From contig JBBDKV010000027.1 in NCBI GenBank assembly GCA_040879165.1, positions 18,283 to 63,792 of the forward strand: 45,510 bases of DNA, read 5' to 3'. Source of the DNA: Patescibacteria group bacterium (GTDB lineage: Bacteria; Patescibacteriota; Microgenomatia; UBA1400; PJMF01). The notes beneath the pieces were generated by a model, which ran no database searches, was not told the origin of the DNA, and saw nothing but the letters and a program-made list of their open reading frames with translations. The stretch's first letter is position 1, and every line of letters starts with the position of its first letter. The position numbers and the translations under genes were made by a program. This document shows, piece after piece, positions 37,802-45,510 of this stretch.

Positions 37802-38363
37802 TGACTTAGTGACACTGGTGAACGAGCAAGATGAAGTCATCGGTCAGATGGATAAACTTGAGGCGCATCGAGATGGCGGGAAGCTGCATCGGGCAATTTC
37901 GATTTTTTTATTCAGAACAAATGAGGCTGGCGTTCTAGAGCTGTTGATTCAGCAGCGCAGTGATCAGAAAATTGTTGGCGCGCGCCAGTGGGCGAATACT
38001 GCTTGTGGTAATGTGTGGCCTGGTGAAAGTTATAAGCAGTGTGCGCAGAGACGACTGTGGGTTGAGTTGGGAGTTGGAGATGATCAGCTTGTTTTAACAG
38101 ACGTGCATCATTTTCAGTATCAAGTCCGGTGTAATGAGCAGTTTGGTGAAAACGAGTTGGACCATGTATTTGTGGGACAATTTGACGGTTCATGCCAGCC
38201 AAATAGCCAAGAAGTGAGCGAAATTGCTTGGGTGGCGTGGAGTGAGGTTGTCAATCAAGACTGGCGTAGGCAAAGTCAGTACGATTGGGCGCCGTGGTTT
38301 GAGATTATGACTAGTTCAGAACAATTAGTACAAACAGTTTCGCAACATGCCAAAAGAAATTGA
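37788..38363 (+). CDS. idi: Isopentenyl-diphosphate delta-isomerase, type 1
   Basis: LVNEQDEVIG..KLEAH, LHRAISIFLF, LLIQQRS..K, WANTACG, ENELDHVF, EV, PWF. Confidence 0.92.
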   Translation: MLQTNDLVTLVNEQDEVIGQMDKLEAHRDGGKLHRAISIFLFRTNEAGVLELLIQQRSDQKIVGARQWANTACGNVWPGESYKQCAQRRLWVELGVGDDQLVLTDVHHFQYQVRCNEQFGENELDHVFVGQFDGSCQPNSQEVSEIAWVAWSEVVNQDWRRQSQYDWAPWFEIMTSSEQLVQTVSQHAKRN

Positions 38364-38847
38364 GCTGTCTGGCGTCTACGCGGTGATGACTAATCCTGAT
38401 GGCAACAAGATTGCGTTTGTCCCATTGCAGCCTGAAGATATGGCAAATGGAGGCAAGGCAGAAAAGATTCGTTCTGCTGATGCGTATGTGCGTCTGGAAG
38501 GCGATATGTACGGTACGGTTAGTGGAGCAGTAGAGGCTGGCGAATTGCCTGACGATGCTATTCGACGCGAAATTCAAGAAGAGCTTCAAATTGATCCTAG
38601 CTCGGTGCTATTAACCAATGGCTTAGCTGAACTAAGTGTTCAGCAACTGAGGAAAGGTGTGGAGGTAAAATTTAATACTCAGGGTTATCATGTCGGGCTA
38701 AGTAGTAGTGTGGTGCAGCGTGTTCAAGAGCACCAGCCGGTTACTGAGGTTTCATTGGGTGCAATCGACACATTTCTTAAGAGGGAATTAATCAGACCAT
38801 CAACCAAACAAGCGGTACTTTTATTTTTAGCCAGATTACAGCCTTAA
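38347..38847 (+). CDS. Nudix hydrolase
   Basis: Nudix box GAVEAGELPDDAIRREIQEELQI (GX5EX7REUXEE). Confidence 0.85.
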   Translation: MPKEIELSGVYAVMTNPDGNKIAFVPLQPEDMANGGKAEKIRSADAYVRLEGDMYGTVSGAVEAGELPDDAIRREIQEELQIDPSSVLLTNGLAELSVQQLRKGVEVKFNTQGYHVGLSSSVVQRVQEHQPVTEVSLGAIDTFLKRELIRPSTKQAVLLFLARLQP

Positions 38848-38848
38848 T

Positions 38849-39655
38849 ATGCTCAAACTTACACTTATCAAACTTGGCGGTTCGGTGATCACAAACAAAG
38901 AAGTGCCTATGATGGTTCGGCAGCACGTGTTGGAACGGCTGGCGCGGGAAATCACACGGGCGCGGTCGGGCAGCGACGACTTGTATGTCATTGGTCACGG
39001 TCAGGGCAGCTTCGCCCATGCGCCAGCCTTACGCTACAAAACTATGGATGGTTTCATTCGCAAAGATAGCGTAGTTGGCATGGCAATTACTCAGGATAGT
39101 GCAGCGCAACTCAATCGCATTGTGGTCAAGGCATTTTTGGCTGAACAACAACCTGCAGTCAGTTTTTTGTTTAGCAATAGCCTCGTTACGCGGTCAGGCA
39201 AATCACAACACTTTTGCGCTGAAGTCTTGGATCAGTATCTTGAAAAAGGTCTGCTACCCATTACTGGTGGAGATGTGATTGTGGATAGTAAACAAGGCTG
39301 TACCATTTGGTCGACCGAAAAAGTGCTAGCTCACCTGGCAGAGTATTATATTCATCAAAAACAATTTGAGGTCAAGCGCGTCATTCATGTCACAGAGGTC
39401 GAGGGCGTACTTGCAGCTGATGGCAGTATTTTTGAGCAAGTACATAGTGAAAACTTTGCTGAAGTGGCAAAGTTGATCAATGGCACCAAAGGCTTTGATG
39501 TTACAGGTGGCATGGCACACAAGCTTGAGGAATCTCTTGATTTAGCACAGCAAGGTGTAGATAGCTATATACTCTCTGGTCTGAAAAAAAATAATTTGTA
39601 CAATGCTTTGATAGGAAGCGATTGGCATGGAACAAAAGTTTCTGCATACTATTGA
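38849..39655 (+). CDS. ipk: Isopentenyl phosphate kinase (amino-acid-kinase fold)
   Basis: IKLGGSVITNK, HGQGSFAH (IPK/FomA-type His), GLLPITGGDV, DVTGGMAHK; flanked by idi and uppS. Confidence 0.88.
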   Translation: MLKLTLIKLGGSVITNKEVPMMVRQHVLERLAREITRARSGSDDLYVIGHGQGSFAHAPALRYKTMDGFIRKDSVVGMAITQDSAAQLNRIVVKAFLAEQQPAVSFLFSNSLVTRSGKSQHFCAEVLDQYLEKGLLPITGGDVIVDSKQGCTIWSTEKVLAHLAEYYIHQKQFEVKRVIHVTEVEGVLAADGSIFEQVHSENFAEVAKLINGTKGFDVTGGMAHKLEESLDLAQQGVDSYILSGLKKNNLYNALIGSDWHGTKVSAYY

Positions 39656-39708
39656 GTGAAAGAGTAAACATAAGCGTACTCATTTGACGCGAAATACCAG
39701 GCAATACT

Positions 39709-40452
39709 ATGGCAAAAAAAACTACAAATGGCTTTACAAAATTCCCTAAAGTTCCTCAACACGTGGCAATAATTTGTGATGGCAATCGCCGATGGGCCAG
39801 GCAGCAAGGTCTAATGGCGTTGATGGGGCACCGCAAGGCGATGGAAAGTGTTTTTGAGCCAATTATTGATCGGGCGCAAGGATTGGGCGTACAATTTTTG
39901 ACTTTCTGGGTCTTTAGCACCGAAAACTGGAAGCGAGATCAGGCAGAGGTGGATGGTTTGTTGAATTTGTTTCGCGAAGCTTTTGACACACAGGCCAAAA
40001 AACTGGCAGAAAAAGGTGCACGCATCAAGGTAATTGGTGACATCGCAGATTTTGCTGAAGACGTTCAAGAGCGAATTATGGAAACAGTGCGAAGAACTGA
40101 GAAAAACACAGGTATTACAGTCGTTTTCGCCATGAATTACGGTGGTCGTGATGAAATGGTACGAGCGATGGAGCGGTTAATGCGCACCGTTCAAGAAAGC
40201 ATCGCTGCTGGCAAAAAAGCGCCTCAGTTGACCGCAGGCTATTTTAGCCAATTTCTCGACACCGCCGGTACGCCAGACCCAGAATTGATTATACGCACCA
40301 GTGGAGAGCAGCGCCTTTCGGGGTTTCTGCCATGGCAAAGTGAGTATGCTGAGTTTGCATTCCCAAAATTTCATTTTCCTGAGTTTACTGCTGAGCGCTT
40401 TGAGGAATTAATTGCTGATTTTGCACAGAGAGGTCGACGATTTGGGCAGTGA
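39709..40452 (+). CDS. uppS: Undecaprenyl-diphosphate synthase (cis-prenyltransferase)
   Basis: PQHVAIICDGNRRWA, FSTENWKR, NYGGRDE, IIRTSGEQRLSGFLPWQSEYAE, RRFG. Confidence 0.97.
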   Translation: MAKKTTNGFTKFPKVPQHVAIICDGNRRWARQQGLMALMGHRKAMESVFEPIIDRAQGLGVQFLTFWVFSTENWKRDQAEVDGLLNLFREAFDTQAKKLAEKGARIKVIGDIADFAEDVQERIMETVRRTEKNTGITVVFAMNYGGRDEMVRAMERLMRTVQESIAAGKKAPQLTAGYFSQFLDTAGTPDPELIIRTSGEQRLSGFLPWQSEYAEFAFPKFHFPEFTAERFEELIADFAQRGRRFGQ

Positions 40453-40506
40453 GCTGATGCTGTCAACTGTGTTTCAGCAAGATTGAGTAGCTTTTTAAGT
40501 GGATTT

Positions 40507-41661
40507 CTAAAGAATCGCTACCCCAAAAACCACTTGAACAATTTGAATTATCCAATACGAAGAAAAAAGAATGATGAAGCCAACGATGGCGTTAGTGACG
40601 CGCTGCCTTCCTGCTTCTACGCCCTTGCTGGTTGCAGCGCTCGTGAGCATTTCAAATCCTCCCCAGACTATCATGGCAAATAAAATCAGCCCCGCTAATG
40701 GAAAGGCAAAATCGAGGATGCGACTAACGATGCCACCAGGGGAGGAGAGTTGATTTCTGACTGGACTATTTCGAAGTGGATTTAGATTACTTAAGGTTTC
40801 CGCATCCGGTCCGAACACATTGAATTCTGGATTACCTGGGTCTTCGGAATCAACACCCCCAGCGTTCGTTTGATTACCTCCACTCGCACCTGACTCATTT
40901 GTTCCTCCCGTGCCTCCTGAGTTGCCGTCCGCGCCTGTCCCACCATTACCGGCAGAAGGTTGCGTAGTTGCTGGGGCTGTGGAGGAGCACCTACCATTAC
41001 TATTCCATCCACAACACATCTCGGTGTCTATGCGCGTCGCAATTGCCTCTCTGCCTGTAGTGAAGTCGGTGCACTCACAACTATCATTGGATTCAGAATT
41101 TGGCGTCCATGTGTCGCCACATCCGTATCTATTATTGATGGTTTGCTCATCTGGAGGGTTGGCGGTGCTGGATGTTTGAGAATTATAATTACCCAAATAG
41201 CAGAGATTAGAACCACTGCCTTGCTCATACACATATACATACCGATACGGATCAGAGTTGGAGGTATTACCTTGAGGAGAAGGGAGTGTGAGAGAGATGA
41301 CCTGTCCGTTTTCTACATTTTCAACATTGAAATCATCAGATGTAGATAGTGAGCAGTTTGTTCCAATTCCAAAAGCGCAAACTGAATTTCCTGCGCTATG
41401 AAAGGCTTTAATATGAATTGCTCGAAGTCTTTTTACCTGATCAGCGTCTGTAATGCGAACGTCGACTTGGTGGGAATTGGTGGATGTAATGTTTTCGTCT
41501 AAGCCAGACTCAACAACAAGACCAAGATCACTACATGCAGTATCCCCGCTGTTTTCATTTTGAGCATACACAATATGAAGTGGTGTTAAAAAAATAGTGA
41601 ACAAAAAAACAGACAGAAAAATGAGCAAACTTTTTTGTATTAGCTTGGAAAGATAGCGCAT
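40507..41661 (-). CDS. Pilin-domain protein with large Cys-rich and Gly-rich extracellular head (384 aa)
   Basis: Start reassigned to 41661 (MRYLSKL); signal peptide ending VYAQ; C-terminal WGGFEMLTSAATSKGVEAGRQRVTNAIVG. Confidence 0.8.
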   Translation of the reverse strand: MRYLSKLIQKSLLIFLSVFLFTIFLTPLHIVYAQNENSGDTACSDLGLVVESGLDENITSTNSHQVDVRITDADQVKRLRAIHIKAFHSAGNSVCAFGIGTNCSLSTSDDFNVENVENGQVISLTLPSPQGNTSNSDPYRYVYVYEQGSGSNLCYLGNYNSQTSSTANPPDEQTINNRYGCGDTWTPNSESNDSCECTDFTTGREAIATRIDTEMCCGWNSNGRCSSTAPATTQPSAGNGGTGADGNSGGTGGTNESGASGGNQTNAGGVDSEDPGNPEFNVFGPDAETLSNLNPLRNSPVRNQLSSPGGIVSRILDFAFPLAGLILFAMIVWGGFEMLTSAATSKGVEAGRQRVTNAIVGFIILFSSYWIIQIVQVVFGVAIL

Positions 41662-41665
41662 GTGT

Positions 41666-42841
41666 TTAGCCTCCTGTTCCAGTTTCAGCTCCAAAGCCAG
41701 GTATTTTGAATATTGTGACACCGATAAATTGCAGTATGACAACAGAAAAGATGATAAAAAGCAGCCCTACGACAGCAGCAGTCATCATTTCTTTAGCCTG
41801 GTTAGCGCGCTGAGGATCGCCTTGAGATGTGGTCAGAAGAAAGCCAGCTGCGATGGTGGTAAGCAAGGCAATGCCGCCCCCAAGTCCAATGCCTAATTCA
41901 ATTAAGCGTTGAGTAGTGGGAACAATTTGGTTTTCAATGCAGCCGATGGCGGTCCAGGTTTTGTTGTCCCCACTTGTGGTGCATGCTTCACACTTATTTT
42001 TGAGTTCTCCGTCTGGGATTTGATTGCAGAGTTCAAAGGCGGTTGCTTGATTGCTACCTGGTGGCGGCTGCTGGCTTTCTTCAGTACAGGGAATGCTGCT
42101 AATAGCCATTGGTCGATTGCAGGTGAACGAAGGTGCAAAGCTAGGGATATTAAATGCATTTCCTGAGAATACATTGATATTATAAGTAGATCCTGGATCC
42201 AGGCCTTCTGAAGACACAACCCTTTCATGAGTTCCAGTGTTTCCAAATGATATGGTTTCTTGTCTTGTAGATAATACAAGTTCGGCATTACCTGTGAATG
42301 GGGTATTATCGCCTTGATGCCATGCTCTTGTGACGATAGTAACGTCACTTTGATTATCTATGCAACTTGGATTTTCAATTTGATTCTGAATATGGACAAC
42401 CTCACACACTACTGAATCCACCACGGTGTATCTAAGAACATCGCAAACTTCTCCGCCAGGTGCAACTACCTGCAGTGTTTTTTGCCCATTTTCGCTCAAA
42501 ACACTTGGATGATTTTGACGATTTACTTGGAAAGAGATAAGCTGGTTTTCAGCAGTTGCTGTTGAGATGGGGACTGGGCTTCCGGGAGAATTTCTAAATC
42601 GCAAACCGTATTCACCTCCATTTTCCAATCTGTTTCCTTGTAATGCTAAAACGAATGAATCTATAGAATTTGCTGGAATGTTTTCGTTAGGTGCTGGAGC
42701 AGTGTTGCTTGCGGCATAATTGAGTGCAAATCCAGCTGGATCTGTGCACGAAACAACTGATTGCGCGTAAGTTACAGGAACTGTTTGAAAATATGATATA
42801 AATAAGCTCAAAAAGACGATGATAGTGAACAGTTTTTTCAT
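41666..42841 (-). CDS. Pilin-domain protein with large beta-rich, Cys-containing extracellular head (391 aa)
   Basis: Signal peptide ending TYAQ; WTAIGCI; C-terminal AGFLLTTSQGDPQRANQAKEMMTAAVVG. Confidence 0.82.
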   Translation of the reverse strand: MKKLFTIIVFLSLFISYFQTVPVTYAQSVVSCTDPAGFALNYAASNTAPAPNENIPANSIDSFVLALQGNRLENGGEYGLRFRNSPGSPVPISTATAENQLISFQVNRQNHPSVLSENGQKTLQVVAPGGEVCDVLRYTVVDSVVCEVVHIQNQIENPSCIDNQSDVTIVTRAWHQGDNTPFTGNAELVLSTRQETISFGNTGTHERVVSSEGLDPGSTYNINVFSGNAFNIPSFAPSFTCNRPMAISSIPCTEESQQPPPGSNQATAFELCNQIPDGELKNKCEACTTSGDNKTWTAIGCIENQIVPTTQRLIELGIGLGGGIALLTTIAAGFLLTTSQGDPQRANQAKEMMTAAVVGLLFIIFSVVILQFIGVTIFKIPGFGAETGTGG

Positions 42842-42911
42842 TACGACTTGCCTAGGCTTTGATTATAAATTATAACGCATCTATCTGATATACTGATCTT
42901 TCAATGTGATT

Positions 42912-44666
42912 ATGAGAACACTGCCTGTTTTATTAGTTTTATTAGTATTTGTAAGTTTATTAGCATGGACATTTAGTTACTCATATTATAACCCCACCCA
43001 CGCCCTCGACTCCGTGGACGCCCTTCAGCGTGAGATTGACGAGCTTGAGAAGCTCAAAAAACTCTCTGAAGATGCTACCACTCCGCTGGAAGCAGAAGTT
43101 CGCAACTTAGATAATCGTATCAGAAATGCCCAAGCAGGTATAGTTCAAGCGCGCCAGGATGCCGAGGCGCTGGCTGTTAGCATTGAGGAGCGTGAGCAGG
43201 AGCTTGGCGAGTATTACGTTCTGTTTATGGAACGGGTGCGCAGTCAGTATAAGCAGTTGCGGCTGTACTCACCTCTGGTGATTGTGGCTGGGACGTTTGA
43301 TGCGGGCGAGATGTCCAAGCGACTGGCGTATCACAGCTCTATTCGCGATCAGAACGAAGAATTAATTACCGAGGTTACTATGGATATTTTACAACTTGAA
43401 GAAGATAAAAAAGAACTTGAGGAACGACAAGTGTTGCTCGCTGGACTGCAGGTGCAGCTTGATGCGCAAGCCGAGTTTTTTAAGGAAGAAATTGCCAAGG
43501 CTCGAGAGTATCAGCAGGTACTCGGTCAGCAAATCGCTGAACTCAACGCCAAGCAGCAAGCAATTTTGGCGGCTCGTACGGGCAGTTTCAAGACTTCCCT
43601 CGGTGACGTGCCGCTGGCGGATGATTTTAATGCCTCGATCGGGTTTAAGGCGCAGGCGCCGTCTAATAGTTTTGCCGTATTTAGTTTTGGCGCATATACC
43701 CACCGAAATGGCATGAGTCAGTACGGAGCGCGTGAACGCGCAGATCAGGGGCAGTCAGTCGAGGATATTTTGAAAGCATACTATCCAGATGCTACTCTGA
43801 AAAAAGATTACGACGTGATGGGGCAGATTACCGTGGATGGCACTGGTACTATTCCGTTTGAAGATCACTATCTGCATGGCATTTATGAGGTTCCGGAAAG
43901 TTGGCCGCCTGAATTGCTCAAAGCCCAGGCAATTGCCGCTCGAACCTATGCTATTCGTCGCACCAGTAATGGTCAGAACTCGATTTGCGCCACCGAGGCG
44001 TGTCAAGTTTTTAAAAATGATCCAAAAAAGGGAGATTGGAAGAAAGCTGTAGAGGACACCCGCCGTTGGGTATTGGTGAATGACGATGGCTCACCAGCCC
44101 TCACTCAGTATGCATCCACACATGGTGGCTACAGCAATACGTCTGGTTGGGATACTACTGATAAATCAGGGGAGGGCGACTGGACTTCTAGGGCTTGGGA
44201 TTCACTGGCTGGCAGTCCTTGGTTTTATAAGTCTTGGTACCGGTCTGGCTACTCAAGTAGTGGTGCCAATTGTGGTCGTTCGCACCCATGGTTAAGTCAA
44301 GAAGAAATGAGCGATATTCTTAATGCTTGGATTGTGCGAAAGAATCCTAACGGTGCTGATGCTGGGCGAATTCAGCCAATCACCATCAACGAGTGTAATG
44401 TGGGAGGGAGTGGTGGCAATCCATATTCTATTTCTGAGTTGCGGGACAAGGCAAACGACTCGGGCGGAGCGGTGACGAGTATCAGTGGCGTTAGCGTTAG
44501 TCACAACAATAATGGCCAGACCAGTCAAGTGGTTTTCCAGACTAATCGAGGATCAATCAGCATCTCTGGCAGTGAGTTTAAGGAGACGTTTAACTTGCGA
44601 GCTCCAGGTTACTTGAGGGTTCCGCAGTCAAGTTTCGCCTTTTTCAATGTGGAGCATAAGCAGTAA
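42912..44666 (+). CDS. SpoIID/LytB-family lytic transglycosylase with N-terminal signal/anchor and long coiled coil
   Basis: HRNGMSQYGA, ILKAYY, YLHGIYEVPESWPPELLKAQAIAARTYA, ICATEACQVF, YASTHGG; coiled coil at aa ~35-220. Confidence 0.88.
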   Translation: MRTLPVLLVLLVFVSLLAWTFSYSYYNPTHALDSVDALQREIDELEKLKKLSEDATTPLEAEVRNLDNRIRNAQAGIVQARQDAEALAVSIEEREQELGEYYVLFMERVRSQYKQLRLYSPLVIVAGTFDAGEMSKRLAYHSSIRDQNEELITEVTMDILQLEEDKKELEERQVLLAGLQVQLDAQAEFFKEEIAKAREYQQVLGQQIAELNAKQQAILAARTGSFKTSLGDVPLADDFNASIGFKAQAPSNSFAVFSFGAYTHRNGMSQYGARERADQGQSVEDILKAYYPDATLKKDYDVMGQITVDGTGTIPFEDHYLHGIYEVPESWPPELLKAQAIAARTYAIRRTSNGQNSICATEACQVFKNDPKKGDWKKAVEDTRRWVLVNDDGSPALTQYASTHGGYSNTSGWDTTDKSGEGDWTSRAWDSLAGSPWFYKSWYRSGYSSSGANCGRSHPWLSQEEMSDILNAWIVRKNPNGADAGRIQPITINECNVGGSGGNPYSISELRDKANDSGGAVTSISGVSVSHNNNGQTSQVVFQTNRGSISISGSEFKETFNLRAPGYLRVPQSSFAFFNVEHKQ

Positions 44667-44684
44667 ATGCGTGAGTTGTGTCGC

Positions 44685-45113
44685 TTATTTTGCAGTGCTT
44701 AACAGGAGTTTTACTCCAAACTGCTTTTCATATCCCTGATCAAAACTAGCTATATATGGAATATCAAGCTCTTTCATAATAGCGACATTTGCGCAATCGA
44801 CAAAACTAGTTCCTTTTTTAATTTGGTGTTTGAAAATGTCTAGTGCGCATTCTTCTCGAGGGTTAGTGACTCGGATGATTGTTAGTTCGGTTTGTGCAAG
44901 ATATTCTAAAAATTGTTTAGCCAATTTTTGACCTTGCCGGTGACTGAGCACTGTTATAGTTTCAGTTACAGCAACATTGGTGCAGGCAATATGCAGCTTT
45001 CTTAGAGCCATATCTTGGAACATTTGGCTGGCATTCTGATGGTGAGCATCATTGGGAAAAATCAATCCCACAAAAGCATCGCTATCAATGAGCGCATCAA
45101 AGCTACTTGTCAT
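44685..45113 (-). CDS. vapC: VapC-type PIN-domain toxin
   Basis: Start reassigned to 45113; LIDSDAFVG...DAHH, VTETITVL, SFVDC, IASFDQGY. Confidence 0.9.
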   Translation of the reverse strand: MTSSFDALIDSDAFVGLIFPNDAHHQNASQMFQDMALRKLHIACTNVAVTETITVLSHRQGQKLAKQFLEYLAQTELTIIRVTNPREECALDIFKHQIKKGTSFVDCANVAIMKELDIPYIASFDQGYEKQFGVKLLLSTAK

Positions 45114-45366
45114 GGCTCGTTTCATTTGACTTGCTGTACAAGGTAGCATCAATTGTTGTAGAGGCATCTGTGATACCTTTATTACCCATGCCCTTCATCT
45201 TGCTCAGTTGAGCATACATTTTTTTTTGCTTTTCATTTTGCTCTGCAGCTAAAATTTTTTCAAGCAAATTTCGAATAATTTCAGAAACGTTGCTTTTACG
45301 CTGTTCTGCTAATACTTGAAGTTGGTTGTATAGAGGTTTTGGTAACGACAGAGAGGTTCTCATCAT
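45103..45366 (-). CDS. vapB: Ribbon-helix-helix (CopG-like) antitoxin
   Basis: MMRTSLSLPKPLYNQLQVLAEQRKSNVSEIIRNLL; C-terminal DASTTIDATLY; overlaps the toxin start. Confidence 0.85.
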   Translation of the reverse strand: MMRTSLSLPKPLYNQLQVLAEQRKSNVSEIIRNLLEKILAAEQNEKQKKMYAQLSKMKGMGNKGITDASTTIDATLYSKSNETSHDK

Positions 45367-45368
45367 AA

Positions 45369-45406
45369 GTGGTGTTAGCATACAACACCACACACCAGGT
45401 TGTCAA
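45369..45406 (-). promoter_or_regulatory. TA promoter with palindromic operator
   Basis: TTGACA (45406-45401), 18-nt spacer, TATGCT (45382-45377); the -10 sits in the centre of GTGGTGTT-7-AACACCAC (45369-45391). Confidence 0.8.
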
Positions 45407-45412
45407 TGTCCT

Positions 45413-45510
45413 TTACTCTACAGCAATTAACTGGAGTTTGGGGATGTGCTTGAAGTGTTTGATAGTACTCGTTGCTAGAGGCAGCTTGTGGTGCAGGGCA
45501 GTGGCTGCAA
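45413..45510 (-). CDS. C-terminal end of a second VapC-type PIN-domain protein (5' part outside the window)
   Basis: Manual translation ...AATALHHKLPLATSTIKHFKHIPKLQLIAVE* matches the VapC C-terminal pattern IAATA..H.L.L.T.N.KHF..IP.L. Confidence 0.75.
   Translation of the reverse strand, partial: AATALHHKLPLATSTIKHFKHIPKLQLIAVE

Noticed and set aside
38849-39655. Uridylate kinase or acetylglutamate kinase annotation
   Set aside because: The HGxGSFxH and DVTGGM motifs plus the idi/uppS context favour isopentenyl phosphate kinase.
26707-42858. 15-mer AGCCTAGGCAAGTCG at ~26707 with an inverted copy at ~42844 (possible inversion ends)
   Set aside because: One copy lies in coding sequence, a match of this length is plausible by chance in 45 kb, and no recombinase is nearby.

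Overview
Chromosomal replication-origin region of a small-genome bacterium, most likely Patescibacteria/CPR (Microgenomates-like; inferred from gene content; standard code, TGA used as stop). Left arm (1-9.0 kb, all minus strand): dnaA-[oriC with DnaA boxes and DnaA-trios]-dnaN-rpmH-rnpA-yidD-yidC-jag-RNase HI, then a large DUF4012 protein that runs off the window. Directly upstream of dnaA begins a ~35 kb cell-surface/secretion locus: VirB4-like ATPase, VirB4-N-terminus-like partner, PrgI-family protein, VirB6-like membrane protein, 12 VirB2/TrbC-like pilin-domain genes (a tandem array of 10 plus 2 with large Cys-rich heads), and three large predicted cell-wall/glycan hydrolases (M23 peptidase, clan GH-A plus lytic transglycosylase fusion, circularly permuted SpoIID). 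No relaxase, VirD4 coupling protein or integrase is visible in the window. Nested in the pilin region on the opposite strand is an ECF sigma factor followed by idi-Nudix-isopentenyl phosphate kinase-uppS. The window ends in VapBC-type toxin-antitoxin genes. Four CDSs missing from the ORF track were recovered by manual translation (DUF4012, rpmH, a 59-aa ORF, a partial second VapC). All family assignments are from motif recognition by eye, not from database searches.
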